From Candidatus Micrarchaeia archaeon (lineage in GTDB: Archaea; Micrarchaeota; Micrarchaeia; CABMEP01): DNA of 64,000 nt. The position numbers and the translations under genes were made by a program. The first letter of the stretch is position 1; every line of letters begins with the position of its first letter. A model generated the notes under the pieces. It ran no database searches. It saw only the letters and a list, made by a program, of their open reading frames with translations, and was not told where the DNA came from. This document shows positions 9,162-19,574 of the stretch, in pieces. The stretch is taken from contig JAVZPM010000001.1 in the NCBI GenBank assembly GCA_038881595.1, positions 19,562 through 83,561 on the forward strand, given 5' to 3'.

Positions 9162-10157
9162 ATGCTTCCACTAGAAAAACAAATAGAGGCTTTAGGTAGA
9201 TTGCTTCAAAGAGATAATGTAAAAAAGATAGGAAAAAAAATTTCTGAAGCCGGAATAGAACTCGATCCTGAATATGCTGCAGGTTTGCTTATAATTTATT
9301 TTGTATTTTCACTAATTTTCTCATTCATGGTTTCTTACCTTGTTTTCAAAAATATAATACTTTTACTAATTTCATTTATTGTTATAAACATAATTCTTCT
9401 TGGTTTAATATATCAGTATATCGAGTTAAAGATAGATGAAAGAAGAACAGAAGTTGAAAAAGTGCTTCCGGATTTCTTGCAACTTGCTGCAGCAAATGTA
9501 AGAGCAGGCATGCAAATAGAAAAGGCTATTTGGTACGCTGCAAAGCCTGAGTTTGGACTTCTGTCAAAAGAAGTAGAGATCGCTTCTAAAAGAATATTTG
9601 GAGGAGAAACGATCAATGAGGCGCTTGACAAGCTTTCCGAAAGATTTAATTCTAGATATCTTGATAGGTCAATAGAACTTATAAAGGAAGGAATAGAATC
9701 TGGTGGAGAAATAGCAGGAATACTTGAAAAAACAGCAATGGATCTTAGAAATCAACAAATAATACATAAAGAAGTAAGAGCATCTATGATCATGTATTCT
9801 ATCTTCATAGGATTTAGTGCTGCAGTTGGTGCACCTTTCTTATATGTGGTTTCAAGTAAGCTCATAAATCTATTTGAAAAGCTCTGGGTCAGCCAACCTA
9901 CAACTGGAATCGCACTCAGCCAATACTCTCAGATTAATCCAACCTCACCTGCAATTACTTCTGCGGAGTTCAATCTCTTCGCTATAATAGTTGTAATAAT
10001 AACCAGTATTATAGCTACATTAATAATATCAGTTATAAATACTGGAAAGAAATCAAACTTTATAAAATACATCCTTCCTTTTCTAATTGTTTCTCTCGGA
10101 GTATTTTATGTTGGAAGATTCATAATAGACAGAATTTTCGGTGGAATATCTTTATAA
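9162..10157 (+). CDS. Type IV filament membrane platform protein, TadC/FlaJ-like (single T2SSF domain)
   Basis: A second T2SSF-like domain (LPDFLQLAAANVRAGMQIEKAIWYAA ... GGEIAGILEKTAMDL) flanked by TM helices. It starts 4 nt after the previous stop, in another frame. Confidence 0.8.
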   Translation: MLPLEKQIEALGRLLQRDNVKKIGKKISEAGIELDPEYAAGLLIIYFVFSLIFSFMVSYLVFKNIILLLISFIVINIILLGLIYQYIELKIDERRTEVEKVLPDFLQLAAANVRAGMQIEKAIWYAAKPEFGLLSKEVEIASKRIFGGETINEALDKLSERFNSRYLDRSIELIKEGIESGGEIAGILEKTAMDLRNQQIIHKEVRASMIMYSIFIGFSAAVGAPFLYVVSSKLINLFEKLWVSQPTTGIALSQYSQINPTSPAITSAEFNLFAIIVVIITSIIATLIISVINTGKKSNFIKYILPFLIVSLGVFYVGRFIIDRIFGGISL

Positions 10158-10257
10158 GCTAAAATTGTCTTTACTTTAAAATTAAAATTATCGTTTATAG
10201 AAAATTATAAATATTTGATTTGGTTATTTATTCTTAACTAAATGTTAAAGTGGGAAT

Positions 10258-10749
10258 ATGGAGTATAAAGAAAAGATTAATTCAGGTATAACTATTAAAA
10301 TAACAAAATCTAATACTAAACCTACTTTTAAATTTGAAGGAAAATCAGAGCCAATAATGGTTGTTAAAAGAGGTGATGAAGAAATCCATGTCAGAATAGG
10401 TGACACTGTAAAAATTGGGCCAGGAATATATAGAATAATCGAATATATCCCGATAAAAGAATGGAAAAATGAAATAACCGGTTCAAATTTTAATGCATCT
10501 GTCAAATGCAAACTTATAGGAGGAAGATTATTTTACGATTTGAAAAGGGTTTCTTATTATGATAAAAATACCCGTGAAACATTTATAGAATTGACACCAG
10601 AAACATTGAGTTATTTCATAATCTCAATACAAGAAAAAGCGGAAATAATGCGAAAGAAAAGAGAGGAACTTGCAAAGAAATTAGATGAATTAAATAAAAG
10701 AAAACAAATGAATATTCATTCAGAAGAAATAGAGGAAAAAAATCAATAA
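10258..10749 (+). CDS. Hypothetical protein
   Basis: 163-aa ORF with no recognisable motifs and a charged C-terminus. Confidence 0.4.
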   Translation: MEYKEKINSGITIKITKSNTKPTFKFEGKSEPIMVVKRGDEEIHVRIGDTVKIGPGIYRIIEYIPIKEWKNEITGSNFNASVKCKLIGGRLFYDLKRVSYYDKNTRETFIELTPETLSYFIISIQEKAEIMRKKREELAKKLDELNKRKQMNIHSEEIEEKNQ

Positions 10750-10886
10750 TATGATTTAAAATAAAAAGTAATAGTGGCATTAATAGGCAAAAATAGGCGA
10801 CCAGTGTATTGGAATTGAAAAATGGTTAAATTTAAAAGCATTAGATTTAAGATATTCATGGGGGCAGATTCAAAACAGGTGTATTC

Positions 10887-11636
10887 ATGGCGACCAAAAA
10901 TTTTATAAATGACGATGAAATAGATATCGAATTTAATCCTTCATCAATAGAACAGATAGAGGAATTAGTGAACAAGCCAACATGGAGAGAAATGCTCCTT
11001 GAAATAGTTGATTCGAATAACCTTGACCCTTGGAATATTGATATCTCTGTAGTTACAAACAGTTATATAGAAAAAATAAGAAAGATGAAAATTGATGACC
11101 TACATATTCCTGCTAATGTTATTCTTGCGGCATCTATACTTTTAAGATTTAAAGCACAGACATTCCAATTTGAAGAAACTGAACCTCCAATAGAAGAGGT
11201 GTATATTGAGGAAGGAATTGAATCTGCACCTTTAGAGATGATCCAACTAAGAATGAGAATGCAACCAAAAAGGGCAATAACGCTTCCTGATTTAATAAGC
11301 GCTCTTGAAGATGCAATAAAAATAGAAGTAAAAAGAGAAAAAGAAAGAATTGTTTTACCTACAGTACTTGAATTCAAACCACCTGAGTACGATATTGAAA
11401 AAGAAACTAAAAATGTGTACGAATATATATCTAAATACTGTGATGAAAACGGAATGATTTTATTTTCTGAATTACTTAAACTAATGAACAAAAAAGGACC
11501 GAAAGAAACAGTCCTTACACTCTTACCTTTATTACACCTTTGCCAAAAAAACAAAATTACAGTTGATCAAGAAGAATTTTTTGGAGATATAATCATACAG
11601 AAATTAGATCCTAATCTAGAATTTGAAGAAGAATAA
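10887..11636 (+). CDS. scpA: Segregation and condensation protein A (kleisin)
   Basis: N-terminal LDPWNIDISVVTNSYIEKI motif typical of ScpA. It is followed immediately by scpB. Confidence 0.7.
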   Translation: MATKNFINDDEIDIEFNPSSIEQIEELVNKPTWREMLLEIVDSNNLDPWNIDISVVTNSYIEKIRKMKIDDLHIPANVILAASILLRFKAQTFQFEETEPPIEEVYIEEGIESAPLEMIQLRMRMQPKRAITLPDLISALEDAIKIEVKREKERIVLPTVLEFKPPEYDIEKETKNVYEYISKYCDENGMILFSELLKLMNKKGPKETVLTLLPLLHLCQKNKITVDQEEFFGDIIIQKLDPNLEFEEE

Positions 11637-11645
11637 GGTGCGATA

Positions 11646-12188
11646 ATGGAAGAAGAGACGACAGAGAAAAAACAAGAAGAGATAAAAGAAAAAGAAACAG
11701 AACAAGAAATGCTAGTTACCGATAATAATATTGCAAATTTAGAACAAAAAATAGAAGCAATATTATTCATGGCTGCAAAGGCAGTGAGTATCACTGATTT
11801 ACAGAAGCTTACAAATGCAGATCTCTATTCCATAAAAGAAGCGATTTCAAATCTTCAGCATTGGTATGCATCAAGGAAAAGCTGGCTGGAAATAGTAAAG
11901 GTTGACAAAAGTTATCTTATGAGATTAAAGCCAGAATACACTGAAATAGTTAGCCCAATTGTGCAGGAAACTGAACTATCGAAGCGTGCAATAAGAGTCT
12001 TAGCAGTAGTGGCAAAGAACAATGGGATATTGCAATCAAAAGTAGTAAAGATGCTTGGTACTTCTGTTTATGATGCTGTTGCAGAGCTTAAGCAGAAAGG
12101 ATATATTGTAACTGAAACAAAAGGCCACTCAAAGATACTAAAGCTTACACAAAAATTCAAGAACTACTTTGGAGAGATACCACTTTAA
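11646..12188 (+). CDS. scpB: Segregation and condensation protein B
   Basis: IEAILFMAAKAVSITDL N-terminal winged-helix motif of ScpB. Operonic with scpA. Confidence 0.7.
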   Translation: MEEETTEKKQEEIKEKETEQEMLVTDNNIANLEQKIEAILFMAAKAVSITDLQKLTNADLYSIKEAISNLQHWYASRKSWLEIVKVDKSYLMRLKPEYTEIVSPIVQETELSKRAIRVLAVVAKNNGILQSKVVKMLGTSVYDAVAELKQKGYIVTETKGHSKILKLTQKFKNYFGEIPL

Positions 12189-12313
12189 CTATCTCAACTA
12201 ATAAATAAAGAAATAAAGAAGCTCAAAAATTAACAAATTAACAAATGAAAAAAGAAACAAAGCAAATTGAATCAAAAACGTTAAACTTTTATTTCATTCT
12301 CTTTAATATATAA

Positions 12314-12973
12314 TTGACAACTATTGGTAACTGGATGATGAATATGGGTGAATCTTTAATGAACAAAATTTGGATAATTGGCCTCATAATCTTTTCAGTG
12401 TTCATGTTTGGATGCTTGCAATCAAGTAAAACAACTACCCTTAATGCAGATGAGGTTAAGAAGTTTGTACTTGATGATCTAAATTCGAAATATCCAGATG
12501 CAGATATAAAAGAGATATTGGAAATGAAACCTGGTGAATCAAACAACACATGGCAGATCAAGACAAGGGTTACTTTTAACTACTCATCACCATGTCCAGT
12601 AAGAATGAATGTTTATTATGATTATCCAAGAAGAGGATTCATAGAAACCCCTCCAGAATATATAACTAAGAATTGCGAGGTCTGCAAAGGAATAGCAAAC
12701 TGCATACTTGGAACACCTGAGGAAGCAATAATCGCATCGCACACTCTTGAAGGAACAGATGTTGTGAGCAAATTTATAAACACATATTCAAATGCAAAGG
12801 CATCTGCTAAATTCTACTCAGAATATCTTGATCCAATAGAAAAGAAACCATACTCGGATGTCTGGATAGTAAAATGGACTTCAGAATCAACTAACTATGG
12901 ATTAATAGTAATGATAGCAAACACTGGAAAAGTGGTTGGAATAATCCAGGCAACAAAACAGGAAACGATCTAA
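12314..12973 (+). CDS. Putative secreted lipoprotein
   Basis: Signal peptide with lipobox-like FGCLQ. No catalytic motif. Confidence 0.45.
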   Translation: MTTIGNWMMNMGESLMNKIWIIGLIIFSVFMFGCLQSSKTTTLNADEVKKFVLDDLNSKYPDADIKEILEMKPGESNNTWQIKTRVTFNYSSPCPVRMNVYYDYPRRGFIETPPEYITKNCEVCKGIANCILGTPEEAIIASHTLEGTDVVSKFINTYSNAKASAKFYSEYLDPIEKKPYSDVWIVKWTSESTNYGLIVMIANTGKVVGIIQATKQETI

Positions 12974-12984
12974 AAACATTTATT

Positions 12985-14382
12985 TTATTTTTTCAGCTTC
13001 TGTAGTATCAAATCCTTAACAACTTTTGAATCTGCTCTTCCTTTTGTCTCTTTTATTACTTGGCCTATAAGGAAGTGTAGTGTCTTCTCATTCCCGCTTA
13101 AGTAGTCCTGAACTGCTTTCTGCTGGGCTAAAAGGATTTTGTCTATTATCGTTTCGAGTTCAGAGGTGTTACTTATTTTAAGAAGATTAAGATCAGATGC
13201 AATCTTTGATGGATTTTCTTTTGTCTCTATCATCTTTATTAGAACTTGTTCTGTACCTCTGTCTGTAAGATCTCCTTTATAGAACATAATGAACAAGTCA
13301 GAAAGCCATTCTGAATTTAATCCTGAATCGATATATGAAAGATTCCTATAGTTCAACTGCTTTTTGAGCGGACCTCTTATCCAAGATGCAATTTTCTGAG
13401 CTTCTATTATAGTTCCCTTTGATTCCACCTTAAAGACCATCTCTTCAAAAAGCTTCGCTAGATTCATATCCATTGAAAGGATCCATGCGTCATCGCTCTT
13501 TATCTTATATTGGGTTTCAAATCTTGCAGCCTTGGCCCTTGGAAGCTCTGGCATTCCTTTTTTGATCTGTGATATTCTTTCTTCACTTATAATAATTGGT
13601 GGTACATCTGGATCTGGCATATACCTATAATCATCCTCTGTCTCTTTCTTTCTAAGAGATGTTGTTGTTCCTGTTGATTCATCGAAATGCCTTGTTTCTC
13701 TTACTATTGTACCGCCATGTCTAAGGATATTTTGCTGTCTTATGATTTCATAATTCAATGCATCATACACTCCCTTGAATGAGTTAATGTTTTTTATTTC
13801 TACCCTTGTTCCTCCATTGAGACTTATATTTGCATCTACTCTAAGAGAACCTGGCTCGTCTCTTCCAGCATCAAGGTAATTTAGAATAGCATCAAGTTCG
13901 TCTAGAAAATCCCTTGCATCTGCAGGAGATTTCATATCTGGCTCAGTAACAATTTCAATAAGAGGCACGTTTGCTCTATTGTAATCAACAGTTCCCTCCC
14001 TTAATTCATACCTTCCTGGATCCTCTTCTATGTGAATCTCCCTGATTCTTACTTTTCCAAGCATTCCATCCACGCCTATTGGTTTAGAAGTTCTCTGAAA
14101 TCCAGTGGGAAGATCTGGATAAAAGTAATGCTTTCTCTGAATTACTGAAGAATCAACAAATTTACAATTCAATGCTATACCTATCTTTAAAAGCTGATCC
14201 AAGGCATGAGAATTAAGTCCTAATGGCTTCGCACCTGGCTGCCCTGTGCATATTGGACATATGTTTGTATTTTCTGGTTTATCCCTGTAATCTGTTGGAC
14301 ATCTACAGAAAAGTTTGCTCTTTGTTTTAAGTTGTACATGAATTTCAAGTCCTATTACAATGTCCAAATTCTTTTCATTCAT
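12985..14382 (-). CDS. gatB: Asp/Glu-tRNA(Asn/Gln) amidotransferase subunit B
   Basis: LDIVIGLEIHVQLKTKSKLFCRCPTDY N-terminus is diagnostic of GatB. Confidence 0.95.
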   Translation of the reverse strand: MNEKNLDIVIGLEIHVQLKTKSKLFCRCPTDYRDKPENTNICPICTGQPGAKPLGLNSHALDQLLKIGIALNCKFVDSSVIQRKHYFYPDLPTGFQRTSKPIGVDGMLGKVRIREIHIEEDPGRYELREGTVDYNRANVPLIEIVTEPDMKSPADARDFLDELDAILNYLDAGRDEPGSLRVDANISLNGGTRVEIKNINSFKGVYDALNYEIIRQQNILRHGGTIVRETRHFDESTGTTTSLRKKETEDDYRYMPDPDVPPIIISEERISQIKKGMPELPRAKAARFETQYKIKSDDAWILSMDMNLAKLFEEMVFKVESKGTIIEAQKIASWIRGPLKKQLNYRNLSYIDSGLNSEWLSDLFIMFYKGDLTDRGTEQVLIKMIETKENPSKIASDLNLLKISNTSELETIIDKILLAQQKAVQDYLSGNEKTLHFLIGQVIKETKGRADSKVVKDLILQKLKK

Positions 14383-14393
14383 TTTATCACTTT

Positions 14394-15725
14394 TTATGCA
14401 ATGTTAAATAAAGCATCGTCTTCAAAGTGTCTTCCATGATACTGGATTGCACCATCGAAAATATTTTGTGAAAGTGGAGATACGATTGCTGGAAGACCTG
14501 TAAGATTTGCTGCTATTGTCAATGTATCTGCTGCATACATTTCTAATGGATTCATTTTTTCTCCGAACTTCCATGGTGGAGTTGGCATTGCAGGCCCTGC
14601 AAGAATATCAACCTCTTTCATTACTCTAGAAAATTCTAATTTCATTTTCTCTCTCGCTTTAAGAGCTCTGCTATACCATGCATCCTTGAATTCCTTCATT
14701 GTGATGTATGTACCTATCATTATCCTTCTTTTTATCTCTTTTCCAAATGCTGCTCCTCTTGCTTTAGAGAACGCAGAATAAAGATCTTCATTTCTATCTG
14801 CAGAATAACCATATCTTAAACCATCAAATTTCTGAAGTGCTGAAGACAGCTCTGCTGCCATAACTAATTGATAAATAGGGACTGTGTAATTTAAAGTTGG
14901 AATCGATACCTCTATGATTTCAAAATCAGATTCAAGTTGTTTTATTTTATCTCTTACTGCCTTTTCTATCCTTGGATCAATTGAACTAAAGAACTCTTTA
15001 GGAATTCCTATCCTTTTTATATCTGCTATTTGCTTTTCTTTTGATATCATTTTATCTGCAAGCTGTGTTGTCTGGTCATAAGCATCTGTTCCTCTTATTA
15101 CATGGAAAACCTTTCTCATCACTTCCTTATCCTTTGATATTATGCCTATCTGATCTAAAGACATGGCCATATCAACAAGACCATACCTGGAAACCATCCC
15201 ATAAGTTGGTTTAAGACCGTATGAATTACAAAATGCAGCGGGGCATCTGACTGAGCCACCTGTATCGCTTCCAAGCGCTGCATCACAGAAGCCTGCTGCC
15301 ACTGCTGCTCCACTACCGGAAGAAGAACCACCCGGCACCCTTTCTAAATCTAACGGGTTCTTTGTTATTTTTAATGCGCTGAATGTTCCATCACTACCAC
15401 ATGCAAATTCATCCATATTTAATGAACCTATGATTACTGCATCTGCATTCAATAGTTTTTCTACAACAGTTGCATTGTAGGTTGCTTTGTGTCCTCTGAG
15501 CATATTTGAACCACAGGTAAGCAACTTTCCCTTGTAGGCTATGTTGTTCTTTATTCCAATTATAAGACCTGCAAGAGGACCTGCATTTCCTTCATTAATT
15601 TTTTTGTCTATTCTTCTTGCTGCCTCTATTGCTTCATTCGAATATACTTCTATAAATGCATTTATTTCCTTATCCTTCTTTTCTATAAGTTCAAGTCTCT
15701 TATAGACAATCTCTTCTACTGACAT
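14394..15725 (-). CDS. gatA: Glu-tRNA(Gln) amidotransferase subunit A (amidase)
   Basis: Amidase signature GGSSSGSGAAVAAGFCDAALGSDTGGSVRCPAAFC. Confidence 0.95.
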   Translation of the reverse strand: MSVEEIVYKRLELIEKKDKEINAFIEVYSNEAIEAARRIDKKINEGNAGPLAGLIIGIKNNIAYKGKLLTCGSNMLRGHKATYNATVVEKLLNADAVIIGSLNMDEFACGSDGTFSALKITKNPLDLERVPGGSSSGSGAAVAAGFCDAALGSDTGGSVRCPAAFCNSYGLKPTYGMVSRYGLVDMAMSLDQIGIISKDKEVMRKVFHVIRGTDAYDQTTQLADKMISKEKQIADIKRIGIPKEFFSSIDPRIEKAVRDKIKQLESDFEIIEVSIPTLNYTVPIYQLVMAAELSSALQKFDGLRYGYSADRNEDLYSAFSKARGAAFGKEIKRRIMIGTYITMKEFKDAWYSRALKAREKMKLEFSRVMKEVDILAGPAMPTPPWKFGEKMNPLEMYAADTLTIAANLTGLPAIVSPLSQNIFDGAIQYHGRHFEDDALFNIA

Positions 15726-15745
15726 ACAATCACGCTAAGAATTAA

Positions 15746-16042
15746 TTATTTTAGAGATTTAGGAACCACAAGGATATTACCTTCTCTCTTTGTAAATTCA
15801 GACCTTATCATCTCCTTTGTGTCCTCATCTTGTTCCTTTACTTCATCATCTCTTAGTGAATTTGAAATTCCGTGCATATAGCTTGTTTTTTCTTCAACTT
15901 CTTCTATATCTATTTCTTGAACTTTTCCGAAATATGCAAGAAGCATGTCCATCTCATTGCAAAGACTCTTTAATTCTTCATCAGAAAGTTTGATTCTTGC
16001 AACCTGTGATATCTGTTTTACATTTTCCTGATCCATAATCAC
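15746..16042 (-). CDS. gatC: Glu-tRNA(Gln) amidotransferase subunit C
   Basis: 98-aa acidic protein immediately upstream of gatA. ISQVARIKLSDEELKSL resembles GatC. Confidence 0.8.
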   Translation of the reverse strand: MIMDQENVKQISQVARIKLSDEELKSLCNEMDMLLAYFGKVQEIDIEEVEEKTSYMHGISNSLRDDEVKEQDEDTKEMIRSEFTKREGNILVVPKSLK

Positions 16043-16171
16043 ACCAAAAATATTTTATTAGAAAACATATAATAATAGAGATAAAGGAATATAACTCTTT
16101 CTTGAAATCTAAATGTATTTTTCTATCCGATTGCGATTTGTTTATGAACTTGTTGTAAAGATGTTTTAATA

Positions 16172-17557
16172 TCATGGTATGTTTCTCTTTTTCAAGTATT
16201 CAAAGAGAAACTGAGTGTAATTCTTCTTTATCTTTGATATATCTATTATCTTGGCTGATTTAATTACTTTCCTTATGTCTGGGGGAACGCCATTCTCATC
16301 TGGATTAGAAAGTATATGTTCTAAAAGTTGCTTGACATGAGTGAATCTTCTCTCACCTACTGCCAATATCCTGTCTTCCTCAAACCATATTGGCTCTGTC
16401 ACCTTATGCTGCCTTATGAACTTATCCACATATTCCCTTTGGGATAATGGAGGACCCAATATCTTTTTCATTTTTGGAAGAGAGTATATTGAGAACTCGC
16501 AGAGAAACATGCATTTTCCATTTGCATACTCGTCAATGTCAAAAACCTCAAAATCATGCTCCTCTGATTTAGACCTTATTTTGTTTGCAAATTTGTACAT
16601 CTGGGGCCATAAAATATCTTCAACTACTTTTGGCCTATCAAATTCTATTCCTAAGAATAAAGAATCTCTTAATTTAAGTTGCTTGTCTATCCATTTTTTA
16701 TCTATTTTTTCTTGCGATGGCAAAAATGCATTTATTGAAGGCTTGTTTAAGAATATCGAAGCTGCATATGAGAAAACTGTAAGCGATGTCTTAGAAACCG
16801 AAGCTGCAACATTTCTATTTGGATCGACCGGATCTAAAACTATCATTGCAGCATCGCTAAACTTTTTCTTAAGCTCTTCCTCATTCACTGGCTCGTTGCT
16901 TAATGTTATTATCGGCATTGATTTCATATTTGCGAAGGCATCTAATACATTCAAAAAGTTTCCATATCTTAGAACCAATAATTCACAAAGATATCCGCTG
17001 AAGCCTCTTATTCTGCCTTCTGCACCATATATCTTTTGCGTTTTCAAAAACCTTTTGAGAAGCCTAACATCATCTCTTTGAGAATCTGTTATTTTTGAAT
17101 TTATGAATTTGGTGTGAAGCGGAGACCTGTCTACTGCTGTAAGCATCTCTGAAACATCCTCTATCTTATATGAAGGAACAATGTCTACCTCTACACCTTC
17201 CACCCATGTTCTTACATATGGGTGCTGTGCATAGGCAATCTCATATTTTCTTCCCTTGCAGAATTTCTTACTGTATTTCATTGCAAGAGTAAGCATATCT
17301 TTCAATGAATAGTCTTTTGAAAAAAGCATGAAAACATCAAAATCCATGTCACCTTTCAGATTTGTTCCTTTTGCTGTAGAACCAACAAGCTCTATTGAAA
17401 CATCTTTTGGTGTAATCCTATCTAATTCTGAAACTATTTTCATTGCTATTTCTCTTTGCTTTGCCTGTTCTTTCTCTGAAGGTTTAATCTTTTTTAATAC
17501 CTTAGCAAAAATCTTACTGTATCTATCGCTTATGAACATCAAACCACTATCTTTCAC
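16172..17557 (-). CDS. cca: CCA-adding enzyme (archaeal class I tRNA nucleotidyltransferase)
   Basis: Nucleotidyltransferase motif GSTAKGTNLKGDMDFDVFMLF. A 461-aa archaeal-type architecture. Confidence 0.9.
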   Translation of the reverse strand: MKDSGLMFISDRYSKIFAKVLKKIKPSEKEQAKQREIAMKIVSELDRITPKDVSIELVGSTAKGTNLKGDMDFDVFMLFSKDYSLKDMLTLAMKYSKKFCKGRKYEIAYAQHPYVRTWVEGVEVDIVPSYKIEDVSEMLTAVDRSPLHTKFINSKITDSQRDDVRLLKRFLKTQKIYGAEGRIRGFSGYLCELLVLRYGNFLNVLDAFANMKSMPIITLSNEPVNEEELKKKFSDAAMIVLDPVDPNRNVAASVSKTSLTVFSYAASIFLNKPSINAFLPSQEKIDKKWIDKQLKLRDSLFLGIEFDRPKVVEDILWPQMYKFANKIRSKSEEHDFEVFDIDEYANGKCMFLCEFSIYSLPKMKKILGPPLSQREYVDKFIRQHKVTEPIWFEEDRILAVGERRFTHVKQLLEHILSNPDENGVPPDIRKVIKSAKIIDISKIKKNYTQFLFEYLKKRNIP

Positions 17558-17591
17558 TTCTCAATATACTGTCTGCTATTAATAGCAGAAA

Positions 17592-18272
17592 TTATCTTGA
17601 TAAATTATCTAGTCTTTCAATTATTGAATTCAATTTACCTTGGAATAATTCAGAGGCTGATATTTTCATCTTAACCGTTCCACTGCTTGGTAAGGTATAA
17701 TTTATTTTCAATGTTTCGCTTTGCGGAATTGCAGATGTGTTTGTTGTGATGCTTCCGAATACAGTTAACTTTCCTTCCCATGGAATTGAAACTGGGAGAC
17801 CATAAACCGGCAATACAACATTTATTGTGCCTTTAGTTTCTATCTCTTGAGATGGGATAGGAATTGAAAATGGTGAAAGTACCTGGTTTAATGGAACTGA
17901 TGATTGCAAGGAATGCGGTTGATCAAATTGTGTGTTAAGTTCAATCGTAGATCTACTGAATTCCTTAAGATCAGATGATATTGCTCTAAGTTCAGATTTC
18001 AGTGATGCTATTGACATCATTGTAATTACACTAAGAACAAGAGATACTATTGCTACTACAGCTACGATAACGAATAAAACATTGTTTATCTGTGTTTCCT
18101 TAGCTTGAACAGGTTTGCTTATCTTCTGCTCTATTCTCTGTTCTTCTTTTCTTTCCTCCTTTGGTTTTTCTGGTTTCTTTGGTGAAACTATCCTTTCAGG
18201 AGGGAGTATTACTACTCCTTTTCCTAAGTCTACCTCTCTCTTTGGTGCGCTAGGATACTCTTCTTCCGCCAT
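17592..18272 (-). CDS. Membrane-anchored hypothetical protein
   Basis: Charged N-terminus, a single TM helix (VLFVIVAVVAIVSLVLSVI), then a Ser/Thr-rich ectodomain. Confidence 0.45.
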   Translation of the reverse strand: MAEEEYPSAPKREVDLGKGVVILPPERIVSPKKPEKPKEERKEEQRIEQKISKPVQAKETQINNVLFVIVAVVAIVSLVLSVITMMSIASLKSELRAISSDLKEFSRSTIELNTQFDQPHSLQSSVPLNQVLSPFSIPIPSQEIETKGTINVVLPVYGLPVSIPWEGKLTVFGSITTNTSAIPQSETLKINYTLPSSGTVKMKISASELFQGKLNSIIERLDNLSR

Positions 18273-18333
18273 AAACTAATTATATAGAGACAGATTTAAA
18301 TTAGTTTTCAATTTAATCGTTCTTGCTGTGTAA

Positions 18334-19527
18334 TTAAAGAAGTATCAGAATTGAAGGAATAATAAGGAATGCCATAAGATTCGTTCTTCTCACTCCAAGA
18401 AGTGGGGGTAATAGCCCAATGAATGTTGCGAGAATACATGTGAGTAATCCGAAGACACCTGAAAATAGAAATACGGATAATATAAGGAAAATTAGTACTG
18501 AAAAACTGATCAATCTCTGATCTATCTTGTTTATTGCAGAAATGAAAATTTCTGAAAACCCCAATAAAAGCAGAATTCCTATAATAGTTCCAACAAAATA
18601 AAATGCAATAAACCAGATAAGCAATGTTACATTAACATCACTAATTAGTTGATTGATATTGACTAATGTACCTGTCCTTGCCTTTCCTATCCGTTCTAAG
18701 GCAACAATTGAATTTGCATAGTGGCTAATTGTAATAGAAGTAGTTGAAGAAAGAAAAAGAAGCGGATTGCCTGCAAACGGAGATACAAACGTTGCTAATT
18801 GAGCTGGAGAATTTATTGCAGGAAATAGGTCAGCTACAGCACCGATCAATGAAGAGAGCAAAATTATAATTATAAAGCTCTTGCCTATCTCTATCTTATA
18901 TGATTCATTTCTCTGCTCTGGAATTAATGATTTTTCATTAAAAGACAAAATAATACTACTTAATGCAAAGAAACCTACAAAGACTGCAAATAAAGATTCC
19001 TGAAGAAGAGATGATATTGATGTTGAAAGAATCAGATAACCGAAAAAACCTGAAATTAGAAAAACAAATAATGACTCTTTTATCTTCTTCTCCTGTAGCA
19101 GGAAAAAAACTGAAAAAAGTATCAAGATATAAGCTAGATATGGTTTGATAACAGGAAATAATAAAGGAAGAAATATGTAAGCCAATGGAATGATAAATAC
19201 AAGAAAGAGAAGAGTTAGGAGCGCGGAAATAGCACACACCAAAACAGCAAGCCTTCCTTTTCCATTTAAAACCAATTTCTGAGCGGGAAGTATTGAAAGC
19301 ACTGAGTCTGAGTCGGGTATAAAAAGAAATATTGCTGGAAGAAGCGCAACCATATTGTTTACTGCAGCTGTAATTATTATGATTGCAGCCAATTCAAAAT
19401 TATCTTGTACATTAAGATTAGAAATTATTTGGGATATTGTATTTGGATGTATTCCAGGAATTAACCCTGCTAGTGAACCTAAAATAATACCAAATATAAA
19501 TGTTGAAATCAAACTCAATTCATCCAT
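18334..19527 (-). CDS. Polytopic membrane protein, TctA/DUF112-like
   Basis: N-terminal GIILGSLAGLIPGIHP motif typical of the TctA/DUF112 family. More than 10 predicted TM helices. Confidence 0.5.
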   Translation of the reverse strand: MDELSLISTFIFGIILGSLAGLIPGIHPNTISQIISNLNVQDNFELAAIIIITAAVNNMVALLPAIFLFIPDSDSVLSILPAQKLVLNGKGRLAVLVCAISALLTLLFLVFIIPLAYIFLPLLFPVIKPYLAYILILFSVFFLLQEKKIKESLFVFLISGFFGYLILSTSISSLLQESLFAVFVGFFALSSIILSFNEKSLIPEQRNESYKIEIGKSFIIIILLSSLIGAVADLFPAINSPAQLATFVSPFAGNPLLFLSSTTSITISHYANSIVALERIGKARTGTLVNINQLISDVNVTLLIWFIAFYFVGTIIGILLLLGFSEIFISAINKIDQRLISFSVLIFLILSVFLFSGVFGLLTCILATFIGLLPPLLGVRRTNLMAFLIIPSILILL

Positions 19528-19574
19528 TACATCACATAGAATAAATATTTCATAGAATCAATTTATTTGAACTA

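Noticed and set aside
11063-11794. Minus-strand ORFs 11063-11554 and 11567-11794
   Set aside because: Embedded antisense in scpA/scpB, with low-complexity Ser/Ile-rich products.
16341-17081. 246-aa plus-strand ORF inside cca
   Set aside because: Antisense to a well-supported CCA-adding enzyme gene. Ser/Leu-rich composition typical of antisense reading of an AT-rich gene.
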